A stretch of DNA of 64,000 nt, taken from Clostridia bacterium. Lineage in GTDB: Bacteria > Bacillota > Clostridia > Oscillospirales > CAG-272. The stretch is from NCBI GenBank assembly GCA_017415805.1, contig JAFQEC010000038.1, positions 1,335 to 65,334 on the forward strand, written 5' to 3'. The position numbers and the translations under genes are program-made. The notes under the pieces were generated by a model. It was not told the DNA's origin and made no database searches. It saw nothing but the letters and a program-made list of their open reading frames with translations. Shown in pieces: positions 16,935 to 25,214 of the stretch. How positions within the stretch are numbered: the stretch's first letter is position 1; each line of letters starts with the position of its first letter.

Positions 16935-17986
16935 CGCCGCACGAGATACTTGCGCATGTCAATGGCGCAGGCAATGAGAATGATCAGACCCTTGATGATA
17001 TACTGCATATTGGCGTCGATGCCAAGGAACGTGAGGCCCACAAAGATCAGTCGCAGTAGCACCACCCCAAGGATCACGCCACTGATCTTTCCCGTGCCGC
17101 CCACGAACGACACGCCACCGATCACGCAGGCCGCGATGGCATCCAGCTCATAGTTCAGACCCGTAGAGGCCGAGTTCGAGCCGATGCGCGCCGCCTCAAT
17201 GAAGCCCGTCACGCCGTAGAGCACGCCCGCGAGCACAAAGACCAGAATGATACAGCGCTTGACGTTGACGCCCGATACGTTGGCCGCCTCGGAGTTTGAG
17301 CCAATGGCAAACATATTTTTGCCGAACGCGGTCTTATTCCAGACCACCCACATGATAGCGGTGATGACCAGCACGTACCACACGTAGTTGGGAATTGGCG
17401 TAGAGCCGAGGGAAATGACGCTGCCCTTGATGAAATTGGTGTACGAGGGGTCCAGGCCCGAAATGGACTGACCGTTGTTGTTTCCTGTCATCAAAAGCAG
17501 CAGCAGCGCGCCGTATACGATGAGCTGCGTGGAGAGCGTAACAATGAAGGGGTGCAGGTGAAAGGTTGCGGTGCAGTAGCCGTTGATGAACCCCACAAGC
17601 GCACCGATGGCGATGACAAGAAGAAATACCACGGGAATGGGTAGCGTTTGGAGATTTGGGAACATCTTGCCCGCATAGCCCGTCATCTGCAAAAGAGCCG
17701 CCGAAACGCAGGCAACCAGCCCCACGATGCGGCCTGCCGAGAGGTCAGTGCCCGTGAGGATGATCGCGCCCGCGATGCCAAGCGCAATCGGAAGATTGGC
17801 GGCCGAGAGCGAAATGATATTGATGATCGAGGGCCCCGATAAAAAGCGGGGATTCATGCATTGGATCAGCACGATCGCTGCCACAAGGAAGATATACAGC
17901 GAGTTGTTGATGAGCAGCTCGCGCAGGTAGATGCGACGCTCATTCGGGGGCATCTGCTTGAATTTTTGAACGATTTTGAGTTTCAT
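16931..17986 (-). CDS. Sugar ABC transporter permease (RbsC/MglC type, CUT2)
   Basis: About 10 TM segments, including GTDLSAGRIVGL and IGGVSFVGGTGKISG. ATG at 17986 follows AGAGG. Confidence 0.85.
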   Translation of the reverse strand: MKLKIVQKFKQMPPNERRIYLRELLINNSLYIFLVAAIVLIQCMNPRFLSGPSIINIISLSAANLPIALGIAGAIILTGTDLSAGRIVGLVACVSAALLQMTGYAGKMFPNLQTLPIPVVFLLVIAIGALVGFINGYCTATFHLHPFIVTLSTQLIVYGALLLLLMTGNNNGQSISGLDPSYTNFIKGSVISLGSTPIPNYVWYVLVITAIMWVVWNKTAFGKNMFAIGSNSEAANVSGVNVKRCIILVFVLAGVLYGVTGFIEAARIGSNSASTGLNYELDAIAACVIGGVSFVGGTGKISGVILGVVLLRLIFVGLTFLGIDANMQYIIKGLIILIACAIDMRKYLVRR

Positions 17987-17996
17987 AGCACTACCT

Positions 17997-19526
17997 CTAC
18001 ACATTTTTTGCGGCAAGCGTCATGATCTGCTCCTGCGTGGTGCTTGCGGCATCGACCTCGCCCGTGATCTCGCCGCCCGACATCACATAGATGCGGTGGC
18101 ACACGCCGATGAGCTCGGGCAGCTCGCCCGATACCATCAGGATCGACTTGCCTGCCGCGGCCAGCTCCTCCATGAGCGCATAGATCTCGTACTTTGCGCC
18201 CACGTCAATGCCGCGCGTCGGCTCGTCCAAGAGCAGGATATCGGGCGTGGTCAAAAGCCAGCGCGCAAGGATCACCTTTTGCTGATTACCCCCCGAAAGG
18301 GTGCGGATCTGCGTGGATTTCGAGGCGGTCTTGACCGAAAGGCGCTTGACCATATCGTCGGTGTCGGCGGCGCGACGGCGATCCGAGAGAAACAGCCCCG
18401 CGCGCAGATATTTGCGCAGAGCCGAGATGGTGGTGTTCTCGGTGATGTTGAGAATGCCGAAGATGCCCGTGGAGCGACGCTCCTCGGTGAGGAACGCAAA
18501 GCCGTTTCGGATGGCCTCGCGCGGACTTCGGTTGCGGATCTCCTTACCGTTGAGGTATAACGCACCCCCCGATCGCACCGAAATGCCGAAAATGTTTTCC
18601 AAAAGCTCACTGCGCCCCGCGCCCGCCAGGCCCGCCAGGCCCACGATCTCGCCGCGGCGCACCTTGATCGAAACATCCTTCACCTTGGCGAAGCGCGAGC
18701 TGATGCCGCGCGTTTCAAAGATCACCTCGCCCGGCCTTGAAGCCTTTGGCGGAAAACGGTGCGAGAGCTCGCGCCCGACCATGAGGCGAATGATCCTTTC
18801 CATGCTCATCTCGGCCGCGGACGCGGTGGCAACGTGTGCGCCGTCACGCATGACCGTGATCTCGTCGGATATCTGCAAAATTTCTTCCATCTTGTGCGAG
18901 ATATAGATGATGCCGCAGCCGCGCGCGCGCAGGGTGCGGATGATGCGAAACAGATGCCCGACCTCTTCTTCTGTGAGTGACGAGGTCGGCTCGTCGAGCA
19001 CGATGATCTTGGCATCATACGAGACAGCCTTGGCGATCTCGGCCATCTGGCGCTCGGCCACGGGCATCTCGCTCATTTTGCGCTTTGGGTCAATGGAAAG
19101 CCCCAGATCCTCAAAGACGGTGCGCGTTTTTTGCTCCATTTCGCGCTCCGAGGTGAAGATGCCGAGTCGCTTGGGATAGCGCCCGAGCCAAATATTATCC
19201 ATTACATTTCGCCCCAGCGCCTGGTTGAGCTCTTGATGCACCATTGCAACGCCGCGGTCCAGCGCCTCGCGCGGATTGCGGAACACGATGGGCTGCCCCT
19301 CCAGCAAGATCTCGCCCTCGTCCTTTTCGTAAATGCCGAACAGGCACTTCATCAGTGTGGATTTTCCCGCACCGTTCTCACCCATGAGCGCGTGCACCGT
19401 GCCTGCGCGCACCTGAAGCGAAACGCGATCCAGCGCGCGAACCCCCGGGAATTCCTTTACGATACCGCGCATCTCAAGCAGGATAGAGCCCTCGTTTTTC
19501 GTACCGTTAGCCGAGATATTTTCCAT
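17997..19526 (-). CDS. Sugar ABC transporter ATP-binding protein with duplicated ABC domains (MglA/RbsA type)
   Basis: First Walker A is GENGAGKST, the signature is LSGGNQQK, and a second degenerate nucleotide-binding domain follows. The start is taken at MENISANG (19526). It is uncertain; the alternative is M at 19472. Confidence 0.85.
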   Translation of the reverse strand: MENISANGTKNEGSILLEMRGIVKEFPGVRALDRVSLQVRAGTVHALMGENGAGKSTLMKCLFGIYEKDEGEILLEGQPIVFRNPREALDRGVAMVHQELNQALGRNVMDNIWLGRYPKRLGIFTSEREMEQKTRTVFEDLGLSIDPKRKMSEMPVAERQMAEIAKAVSYDAKIIVLDEPTSSLTEEEVGHLFRIIRTLRARGCGIIYISHKMEEILQISDEITVMRDGAHVATASAAEMSMERIIRLMVGRELSHRFPPKASRPGEVIFETRGISSRFAKVKDVSIKVRRGEIVGLAGLAGAGRSELLENIFGISVRSGGALYLNGKEIRNRSPREAIRNGFAFLTEERRSTGIFGILNITENTTISALRKYLRAGLFLSDRRRAADTDDMVKRLSVKTASKSTQIRTLSGGNQQKVILARWLLTTPDILLLDEPTRGIDVGAKYEIYALMEELAAAGKSILMVSGELPELIGVCHRIYVMSGGEITGEVDAASTTQEQIMTLAAKNV

Positions 19527-20574
19527 ATGCGATACGGATCTTTCTGACGCTCTCGTCCACGGTAAAGCCCTCGGTGCCATCCATCAGGCCACGGTCCTCG
19601 GCAATCGCGTTGGTGGCAAGATGTGCCAATGCCACGGCCATGCCTGCGGCATCCTGCTGTACCGTTCCCGCCATTTTTTTGTCGCGGATGAGAGACTTCG
19701 CCGCGTCGCTGGCATCCACGCCGAATACGGGGATCGCGGGGGAGCTACCACCCGTGTTAAAGCCTGCCGAATTGAGTGCCGAGATCGCGCCCTCGGCCAT
19801 GCTGTCGTTGTTGCAGATCACCAGCTCCACCATGTTGTTGCCCGCGGCGTTGTAGGAGGTGAGTACCGTAGTCATATATTCGTTGGCGGCCGCGGCCGAC
19901 CACTGTCCGTTGCGGTCTACAAGATAGCCATTGGTGTTGGCGCGGTCGTAGAAGACCAGGGCGGGCTTATTCGCCCTCTCCAAAAGCTCGTTTGCCCCCT
20001 CTACGCTGTATTGCGTGCGGTAAATAGCCTCGTTGTTGCCCTCCTCACCCTTGAAGAGAATATAAGAGATCTTGCCGTCACCGTTGCGGTCGGTCTCGGC
20101 ATAATGCTCCAGCAGATATTCACCGATCATTTCGCCCTGCAAAAGTCCCGCTTCCTCGGCACGTGTGCCGACATATGCGCAGTTTTCGTAGCTGCCGATC
20201 ACGGTATCACTGACCTCGCGGTTAAAGAAGATGAGGGGAATGCCCGCATCACGCGCCAGCCCCACGATCTCGTTGGCCGCATCGTCCGAGCCTGTGTTGA
20301 CGATGTTGACAAGCAGTGCGCGTGCGCCCTGCGTGATAGCGGTACGCACCTGCTCGGTCTGCGTGGTCTGGTTACCGTTGCCGTCGTAGTCGTGATAGGT
20401 GAGCCCCGCCTCGGCGAGCTTGGCATCCAGCGCGGTACGCACCGAGGAGATATAGGTGTCGCTGTACGTGTAATAAAAGACGTGGACGTCGTCTCCCTTT
20501 CCACCGCCGCACGCGGTGAGCAAGGGGAGAAAAAGACACAGCGCCAAAAGCGCCGAAAGAATGCGTTTTTTCAT
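19507..20574 (-). CDS. Periplasmic-binding-protein type I sugar-binding lipoprotein (MglB/RbsB-like)
   Basis: MKKRILSALLALCLFLPLLTACGGG carries a lipobox. The body is Peripla_BP-like, with FFNRE and CNNDSMAEGA. Confidence 0.85.
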   Translation of the reverse strand: MKKRILSALLALCLFLPLLTACGGGKGDDVHVFYYTYSDTYISSVRTALDAKLAEAGLTYHDYDGNGNQTTQTEQVRTAITQGARALLVNIVNTGSDDAANEIVGLARDAGIPLIFFNREVSDTVIGSYENCAYVGTRAEEAGLLQGEMIGEYLLEHYAETDRNGDGKISYILFKGEEGNNEAIYRTQYSVEGANELLERANKPALVFYDRANTNGYLVDRNGQWSAAAANEYMTTVLTSYNAAGNNMVELVICNNDSMAEGAISALNSAGFNTGGSSPAIPVFGVDASDAAKSLIRDKKMAGTVQQDAAGMAVALAHLATNAIAEDRGLMDGTEGFTVDESVRKIRIAYGKYLG

Positions 20575-20713
20575 ACCATGACCTGCCTTTTTTTGTTTTT
20601 TGTGCGGCAAAATGCGCACGGTTTCGGATTTATTATGTCACCGCGCGGCGTGGTTTATGTTGCCGCTGCTTTTGTTTTTTGGGAAAGGCACGCAAAAATT
20701 CTGGCAGAACAAC

Positions 20714-20750
20714 AAAAAAGGCGGCAAACGTGTAGCGTTTGCCACCTTTT
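20714..20750 (-). terminator. Terminator-like hairpin downstream (minus strand) of the tRNA-Cys-adjacent element
   Basis: Minus strand has GGTGGCAAACG-ctaca-CGTTTGCCGCC followed by TTTTTTGTTGTT. Confidence 0.6.
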
Positions 20751-20873
20751 CGCGGATGCTGCTTCGTTTGAAGCCATCTTGTCTTTGCCGTTATCGGCAG
20801 GCAGGGCTGAAAAACGGCGTGTTAGCCACCCGACGCCGCTTGCGCGGCTATTCGTTCCCGAATCCGGGTGGCG

Positions 20874-20919
20874 AAAAAAAGATAGCCCCCTGCCCAATTG
20901 GCAGGGGGCTATCTTTTTT
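20874..20919 (-). terminator. Terminator of tRNA-Cys (symmetric)
   Basis: AGATAGCCCCCTGCC-caatt-GGCAGGGGGCTATCT flanked by A7 and T7. Confidence 0.85.
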
Positions 20920-20993
20920 TGGAGGCGCCACCCGGATTCGGACCGGGGATAAGGGTTTTGCAGACCCGTGCCTTACCACTTGGCCATGGCGCC
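20920..20993 (-). tRNA. tRNA-Cys (anticodon GCA), CCA encoded
   Basis: Reverse complement is GGCGCCATGGCCAAGTGGTAAGGCACGGGTCTGCAAAACCCTTATCCCCGGTCCGAATCCGGGTGGCGCCTCCA. Anticodon loop is CTGCAAA. Confidence 0.9.
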
Positions 20994-21003
20994 GTACTGT
21001 AAT

Positions 21004-21032
21004 ATTATAGCAAGCAAGAGCGGTTTTGTCAA
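21004..21032 (-). promoter_or_regulatory. Consensus promoter of tRNA-Cys
   Basis: Minus strand TTGACA, 17-nt spacer, TATAAT. The 19 nt around the -35 (21025-21043) are identical to 21631-21649 upstream of tRNA-Val. Confidence 0.7.
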
Positions 21033-21088
21033 CACTTTTTTCGGGAATTTGAAAAAAAGTTTTGGCAGGTCAAGGTGTTCGTGTATTA

Positions 21089-21117
21089 CGGGGCTCGCTT
21101 TTTTCGAGCTACGCCCG
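21089..21117 (-). repeat. GTAG-headed REP-like unit
   Basis: Minus strand reads CGGGCGTAGCTCGaaaaaaGCGAGCCCCG. Further perfect palindromes lie nearby: GGTTGCCGCG...CGCGGCAACC and GCCGCGAATT...ATTCGCGGC. Confidence 0.45.
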
Positions 21118-21298
21118 AAAAACGGTTGCCGCGGCATTACGCGGCAACCTCCCTGCGGAGCAAGACTTATGTTCAAAAAGATTACGGGTGCTCGTCATTT
21201 TCAGCCGCAGGCGGCTGAAAAGCTAAGTTTTTCTGCGAAAAACTTCCCCCGCCGCGAATTGAAAATTCGCGGCATTTCTCGCACCCGTGATCCGCCCC

Positions 21299-21337
21299 AA
21301 AAAGCAAAAAGGGCGCCCGAGGGCGTCCTTTGCTTTT
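21299..21337 (-). terminator. Terminator of the tRNA-Val/Asp/Gly operon
   Basis: Imperfect long hairpin (AAAGCAAAGGACGCCC / GGGCGCCCTTTTTGCTTT) with a T-run on the minus strand. Confidence 0.55.
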
Positions 21338-21413
21338 TGGAGCGGATTACGGGGCTCGAACCCGCCACCTCGACCTTGGCAAGGTCGCGCTCTACCAAAT
21401 GAGCTAAATCCGC
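21338..21413 (-). tRNA. tRNA-Gly (anticodon GCC)
   Basis: Reverse complement is GCGGATTTAGCTCATTTGGTAGAGCGCGACCTTGCCAAGGTCGAGGTGGCGGGTTCGAGCCCCGTAATCCGCTCCA. Confidence 0.95.
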
Positions 21414-21434
21414 GAGGTGGTGCTGTGCCGTGAA

Positions 21435-21511
21435 TGGCGACCCGGATGGGACTCGAACCCACGACCTCTAGCGTGACAGGCTAGCGTTCTAACCAACTGA
21501 ACTACCGGGCC
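21435..21511 (-). tRNA. tRNA-Asp (anticodon GUC)
   Basis: Reverse complement is GGCCCGGTAGTTCAGTTGGTTAGAACGCTAGCCTGTCACGCTAGAGGTCGTGGGTTCGAGTCCCATCCGGGTCGCCA. Confidence 0.95.
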
Positions 21512-21514
21512 GTA

Positions 21515-21590
21515 TGGTGGGAACAACAGGGCTCGAACCTGTGACCCTCTGCTTGTAAGGCAGATGCTCTCCCAACTGAGCTATGCTCCC
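21515..21590 (-). tRNA. tRNA-Val (anticodon UAC)
   Basis: Reverse complement is GGGAGCATAGCTCAGTTGGGAGAGCATCTGCCTTACAAGCAGAGGGTCACAGGTTCGAGCCCTGTTGTTCCCACCA. Confidence 0.95.
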
Positions 21591-21609
21591 ATTTTCAGGC
21601 GCGGGTCTT

Positions 21610-21638
21610 ATTATAACACGCAAAGAGTGATTTGTCAA
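21610..21638 (-). promoter_or_regulatory. Consensus promoter of the tRNA-Val/Asp/Gly operon
   Basis: Minus strand TTGACA, 17-nt spacer, TATAAT, with an A/T-rich UP-like tract upstream. Confidence 0.7.
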
Positions 21639-21708
21639 CACTTTTTTCGCTTTTTTTGAAAAAAGTTTCGGGGCGCGATTTTTGCGAAAAAATGCCCCCC
21701 AAAAAAGG

Positions 21709-21737
21709 TTGACTTTTTAGGGCGAATACAGTATGAT
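21709..21737 (+). promoter_or_regulatory. Promoter of the large repeat-protein gene
   Basis: TTGACT, 17-nt spacer, TATGAT. Confidence 0.55.
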
Positions 21738-21798
21738 ATTAAATTAGGAAGATATGTTTTTTGCATCGATTCGATTCGACAGGAAAGGAGATTCGGAA

Positions 21799-24700
21799 AT
21801 GGAGCAAAACAATAACGAAGAAAGAAAAGATCTCCCCGAGGAGAGTACCGCTTTGTTTGAAGATCCCGTGCCGCAGCAGGCGCAAACAGAGGACAGGGCC
21901 ACGGTGCCCGAGCAGCCCGCTGCTGCGGCTGCTGACGAGAAGGCGCAGGAGTCGGAGCCCTCTCCCACAGCCGAGGAGCCGCCGCATGAGCAACCGGCAC
22001 CCGAAAAGGCCGAGGAGCATGCACCCGCGGCCGAACCGACGGTTGAGGATTCGAGTGAAACGCCCGATCCCGCGGCAGAGAAAGAGGCGCAGAAGGCCGC
22101 CAAGGAAGCCGAGAAGGCCGAAAAGGAACGCCAAAAGGCCGAGGCCAAGGCCGCCAAGAAGGAAAAAAAGGAAGAAAAGAAGGCCGAGCGTGCGCCTGCC
22201 GAACAGACGGCCGATGGCATGACCGCCGCGGCGACAGCGGCTGCGCCCGCGCAGCCCAATGCGCAAAAGCGGCATTTCCGTCGCGTGCGCACCAAGCCCC
22301 GTTCGTACTGGATCCGTCGCGGCCGCCGTCGCTATCTGCGCCGCACCACGGGGCGCGTGTTCCGCTTCTCCGTGGCGATGCTGCTTGGCATTGCGATCGC
22401 CTTCGGTTCGCTTGCCGCAGGTGTATTTTTTGCGCTGGGCGGTCTGACCATTGACACGCTGCAGCGCTTTGGCATGGCGCAGGATATGGATCAGTATCTG
22501 ACCGAGTCGGGCGAGATCGACCTGACGGCCACCTCGATACTGGAGCTGGTGAACGATCTCAACGCCGTGCGCGGCAACTTGAGTGCGCACACCCTGCGCT
22601 CGCTGATCAGCCGCTACGGCATTGCCTTCCCCGAGCACGTGCTCAAGGTGCTGCCGACCGATCTGTTTGATATTCCGCTGGATCAGCTTCTCTCGGAGAA
22701 TGCGGCAAATACCGTGACCGAGCATCTGACCATGGGCTATATTTTGCAGTTCCTGCCACAGTCGCTGCTGCATCCGCAGGCAGTCGCGGTGCTCTCGCCC
22801 CGTCCGCTCGCACTGCTCACCAACGGTGATTTCGGCGCATTGCTGGAGGGCGTACAGCTCGGGCACGTGACAGGCGTGACCTACGACGAGCAGGGAAACG
22901 TGCAGTATCTCGATCCCGATTGCCCCACCATGCAGGAGGCGATGGCAAGCCTGGACCTTGGCAAGATGGTGAACGCCGTGACCAAGAACGGCGACATGCT
23001 GGCGGTTATTGCGACCGATCTCGCCGAGACCGATCTTGGCTCCGTGGTCTCGGGTATGATCAGCGGCGCTTTTGTGGAGCAAATGTTTGAGGGACGCTTG
23101 GTCAAGGACGTGATCCTGCTCAACGAGGAGACAGGACGCTATGAGATCAGCTTCCCTGCGCTCACCGACGGGTTGGTTCTTGGTGACGCGATGGATTATA
23201 TCCGCGTGGACGGTGTGTGGTATTTGAGCTACACCGACAATGGAGACCCCGCCGATGACGTGGAGGTCAGCGCCATGCAGAAGTTGCTGGCCGATATTCC
23301 GCTCACGGATCTGGTTAACGGAAGCCTCTCCATTGAACAGGAGTTTGACGGACTGTATGTCGGCGATCTGCAAAACGGCTACGTGCGCGGCGATGCCATC
23401 ACCGAGGTGCCCGACGGCGGGAACGATCCCGTAACGGTGGGCTATCAGTGGAGCAAGGACGGCGTGCCTGTGAGCAAGCTGCAAAATTCACTGGCCAATA
23501 TTGCGGTCAGCACCCTGCTTACGGGCGGTCTTGATATGAACGCTGTGTTCGACGGCCTGTATCTGGGTGATGCAATGGGCCATGCGCGCGGTGATGCGAT
23601 CATCGAAACGCCCGAGGGTGGGCAACCTATGATCGTGGGCTATGAGTGGATCAAGGATAACGGCACGCCTGAGGGCGAGCCGCTGGACGACGCTATGCGT
23701 GAATTCGCAAATATCCCGCTTCCCGATGTGCTTGAGGGCCGTATAAACGTGGAAGAAACCATGCAAAAAATGACGCTGGCCGAGGCCATGGGATATAAAA
23801 AGGTGGACGGCGTATGGTATTCGACCTATTCCGACGATGGCGATGCAACCAATGATGTGAAGCTGACGGGTATTCTTGCTGTGCTGGCCGAGAAGCCGCT
23901 GGGCGAGATCAACTCGGGCACGATCGACGATATTCAGCTCGGTACGGCGCTGGGCTACGAGCTGCGCGATACCGATGCGGACGGAGTCACCGATACGTGG
24001 TACGGCAAGGACGGAAATCCCGTTACGGGAATGATGATTCAGATGTCCGATCTGAAGATCGGTGAGCTCTCGGACCCCGACAAGGTGACCGCAAAGGTCA
24101 ACGAGGTCAAGATCTCGGACGTGTTGGATTACAAGTACGATACCGTAGATAAGCGCTGGGAGCATCCCGATGGGCGTCCTGCCTCGGGTGTGATCGCGCA
24201 CATGCTGGATATCGACGTCACGGTCGGCGGTATGGAGGGCGCGATCGACGATATGCAGCTCGGCTATGCACTGGGCCTGCACCAAAAGGACGGCGAATGG
24301 CTGGATGAAAACGAGCAGCCCCCTACGGGTGTGTTTGCGGGCCTGGCTGACATTCATTTGAGAGGCGCGCGTGATGAGATCCGTAAGCTGCAGATCGGTC
24401 AGCTGATGGGCTACACGGGCAAGGATACCGACGAGGACGGCTTGTTCGATGCTTGGTATTATGACAAGAATGATTCCACAAATGACCCCGTTACGGGTCT
24501 TACCAAGAGTTTTGCGGGGCTGCTGGTGACCGAGCTTGGCAATGAAAGCAGGATCGCAGCCGCGATGCAGGATGTAAAGCTGGGTGAGAGCCTTGGCTTC
24601 AAGCGGGTGGACGGCACGTGGTACAAGACCAAGCTTGATGCAAGCAACAATACCGTTGCCGACCTTGACAGTCCCGTTACGGGTCTACTGGGTGCGCTGG

Positions 24701-25167
24701 CCGATACCGAGATCGGTAACATTGAAGGCGAGATCCGGAACACGGCGATCGGCGAGATGCTGGACTATACGCTGGTGGACGGTACGTGGTACGAGACGTA
24801 TACCGATAACAACGATCCCGAGGACGACAAGCCCGCCAAGGGTATCCTTGCGGTGCTGGCAGACTCGAAGCTTTCCAATCTGTCGCAGAATCTGACGGAC
24901 CTGAAGGTCAATGACGTATGGCCTGAAAATGAGCGTACGGGCATTCTCAAGCTCCTCAGGGGAGACGAGAAGATCACCGAGCTCAATGCCGCGGTCACGG
25001 CGGTGTTTGCGGATGCAACGATTGGCGATTTCCTCAACGTCGGCGTGATTTCGATCTCGCAGGATCAGCAGGATGCGTTGGACGCAAACCCGATCTTCAG
25101 TGGATGGCGCACAATGAAATTTGCGGATTTCTTTGCCGCCCTGATCGTCGCGGCCACGGGCAAATAA
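21799..25167 (+). CDS. Large membrane-anchored protein: acidic/Lys-Ala-Pro-rich low-complexity N-terminus, one TM segment, about 11 degenerate repeats of 55-70 aa
   Basis: ATG at 21799 follows AAGGAG. TM segment is FRFSVAMLLGIAIAFGSLAAGVFFALGGL. Repeats are of the type LGDAMDYIRVDGVWYLSYTDNGD...LLADIPLTDL. Two repeats carry DxDxDG (DTDADG, DTDEDG). Confidence 0.8.
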   Translation: MEQNNNEERKDLPEESTALFEDPVPQQAQTEDRATVPEQPAAAAADEKAQESEPSPTAEEPPHEQPAPEKAEEHAPAAEPTVEDSSETPDPAAEKEAQKAAKEAEKAEKERQKAEAKAAKKEKKEEKKAERAPAEQTADGMTAAATAAAPAQPNAQKRHFRRVRTKPRSYWIRRGRRRYLRRTTGRVFRFSVAMLLGIAIAFGSLAAGVFFALGGLTIDTLQRFGMAQDMDQYLTESGEIDLTATSILELVNDLNAVRGNLSAHTLRSLISRYGIAFPEHVLKVLPTDLFDIPLDQLLSENAANTVTEHLTMGYILQFLPQSLLHPQAVAVLSPRPLALLTNGDFGALLEGVQLGHVTGVTYDEQGNVQYLDPDCPTMQEAMASLDLGKMVNAVTKNGDMLAVIATDLAETDLGSVVSGMISGAFVEQMFEGRLVKDVILLNEETGRYEISFPALTDGLVLGDAMDYIRVDGVWYLSYTDNGDPADDVEVSAMQKLLADIPLTDLVNGSLSIEQEFDGLYVGDLQNGYVRGDAITEVPDGGNDPVTVGYQWSKDGVPVSKLQNSLANIAVSTLLTGGLDMNAVFDGLYLGDAMGHARGDAIIETPEGGQPMIVGYEWIKDNGTPEGEPLDDAMREFANIPLPDVLEGRINVEETMQKMTLAEAMGYKKVDGVWYSTYSDDGDATNDVKLTGILAVLAEKPLGEINSGTIDDIQLGTALGYELRDTDADGVTDTWYGKDGNPVTGMMIQMSDLKIGELSDPDKVTAKVNEVKISDVLDYKYDTVDKRWEHPDGRPASGVIAHMLDIDVTVGGMEGAIDDMQLGYALGLHQKDGEWLDENEQPPTGVFAGLADIHLRGARDEIRKLQIGQLMGYTGKDTDEDGLFDAWYYDKNDSTNDPVTGLTKSFAGLLVTELGNESRIAAAMQDVKLGESLGFKRVDGTWYKTKLDASNNTVADLDSPVTGLLGALADTEIGNIEGEIRNTAIGEMLDYTLVDGTWYETYTDNNDPEDDKPAKGILAVLADSKLSNLSQNLTDLKVNDVWPENERTGILKLLRGDEKITELNAAVTAVFADATIGDFLNVGVISISQDQQDALDANPIFSGWRTMKFADFFAALIVAATGK

Positions 25168-25214
25168 ACGGTGGACTTCAATAAATGTTAAATTATAAAA
25201 CAAAGGAGAATACC

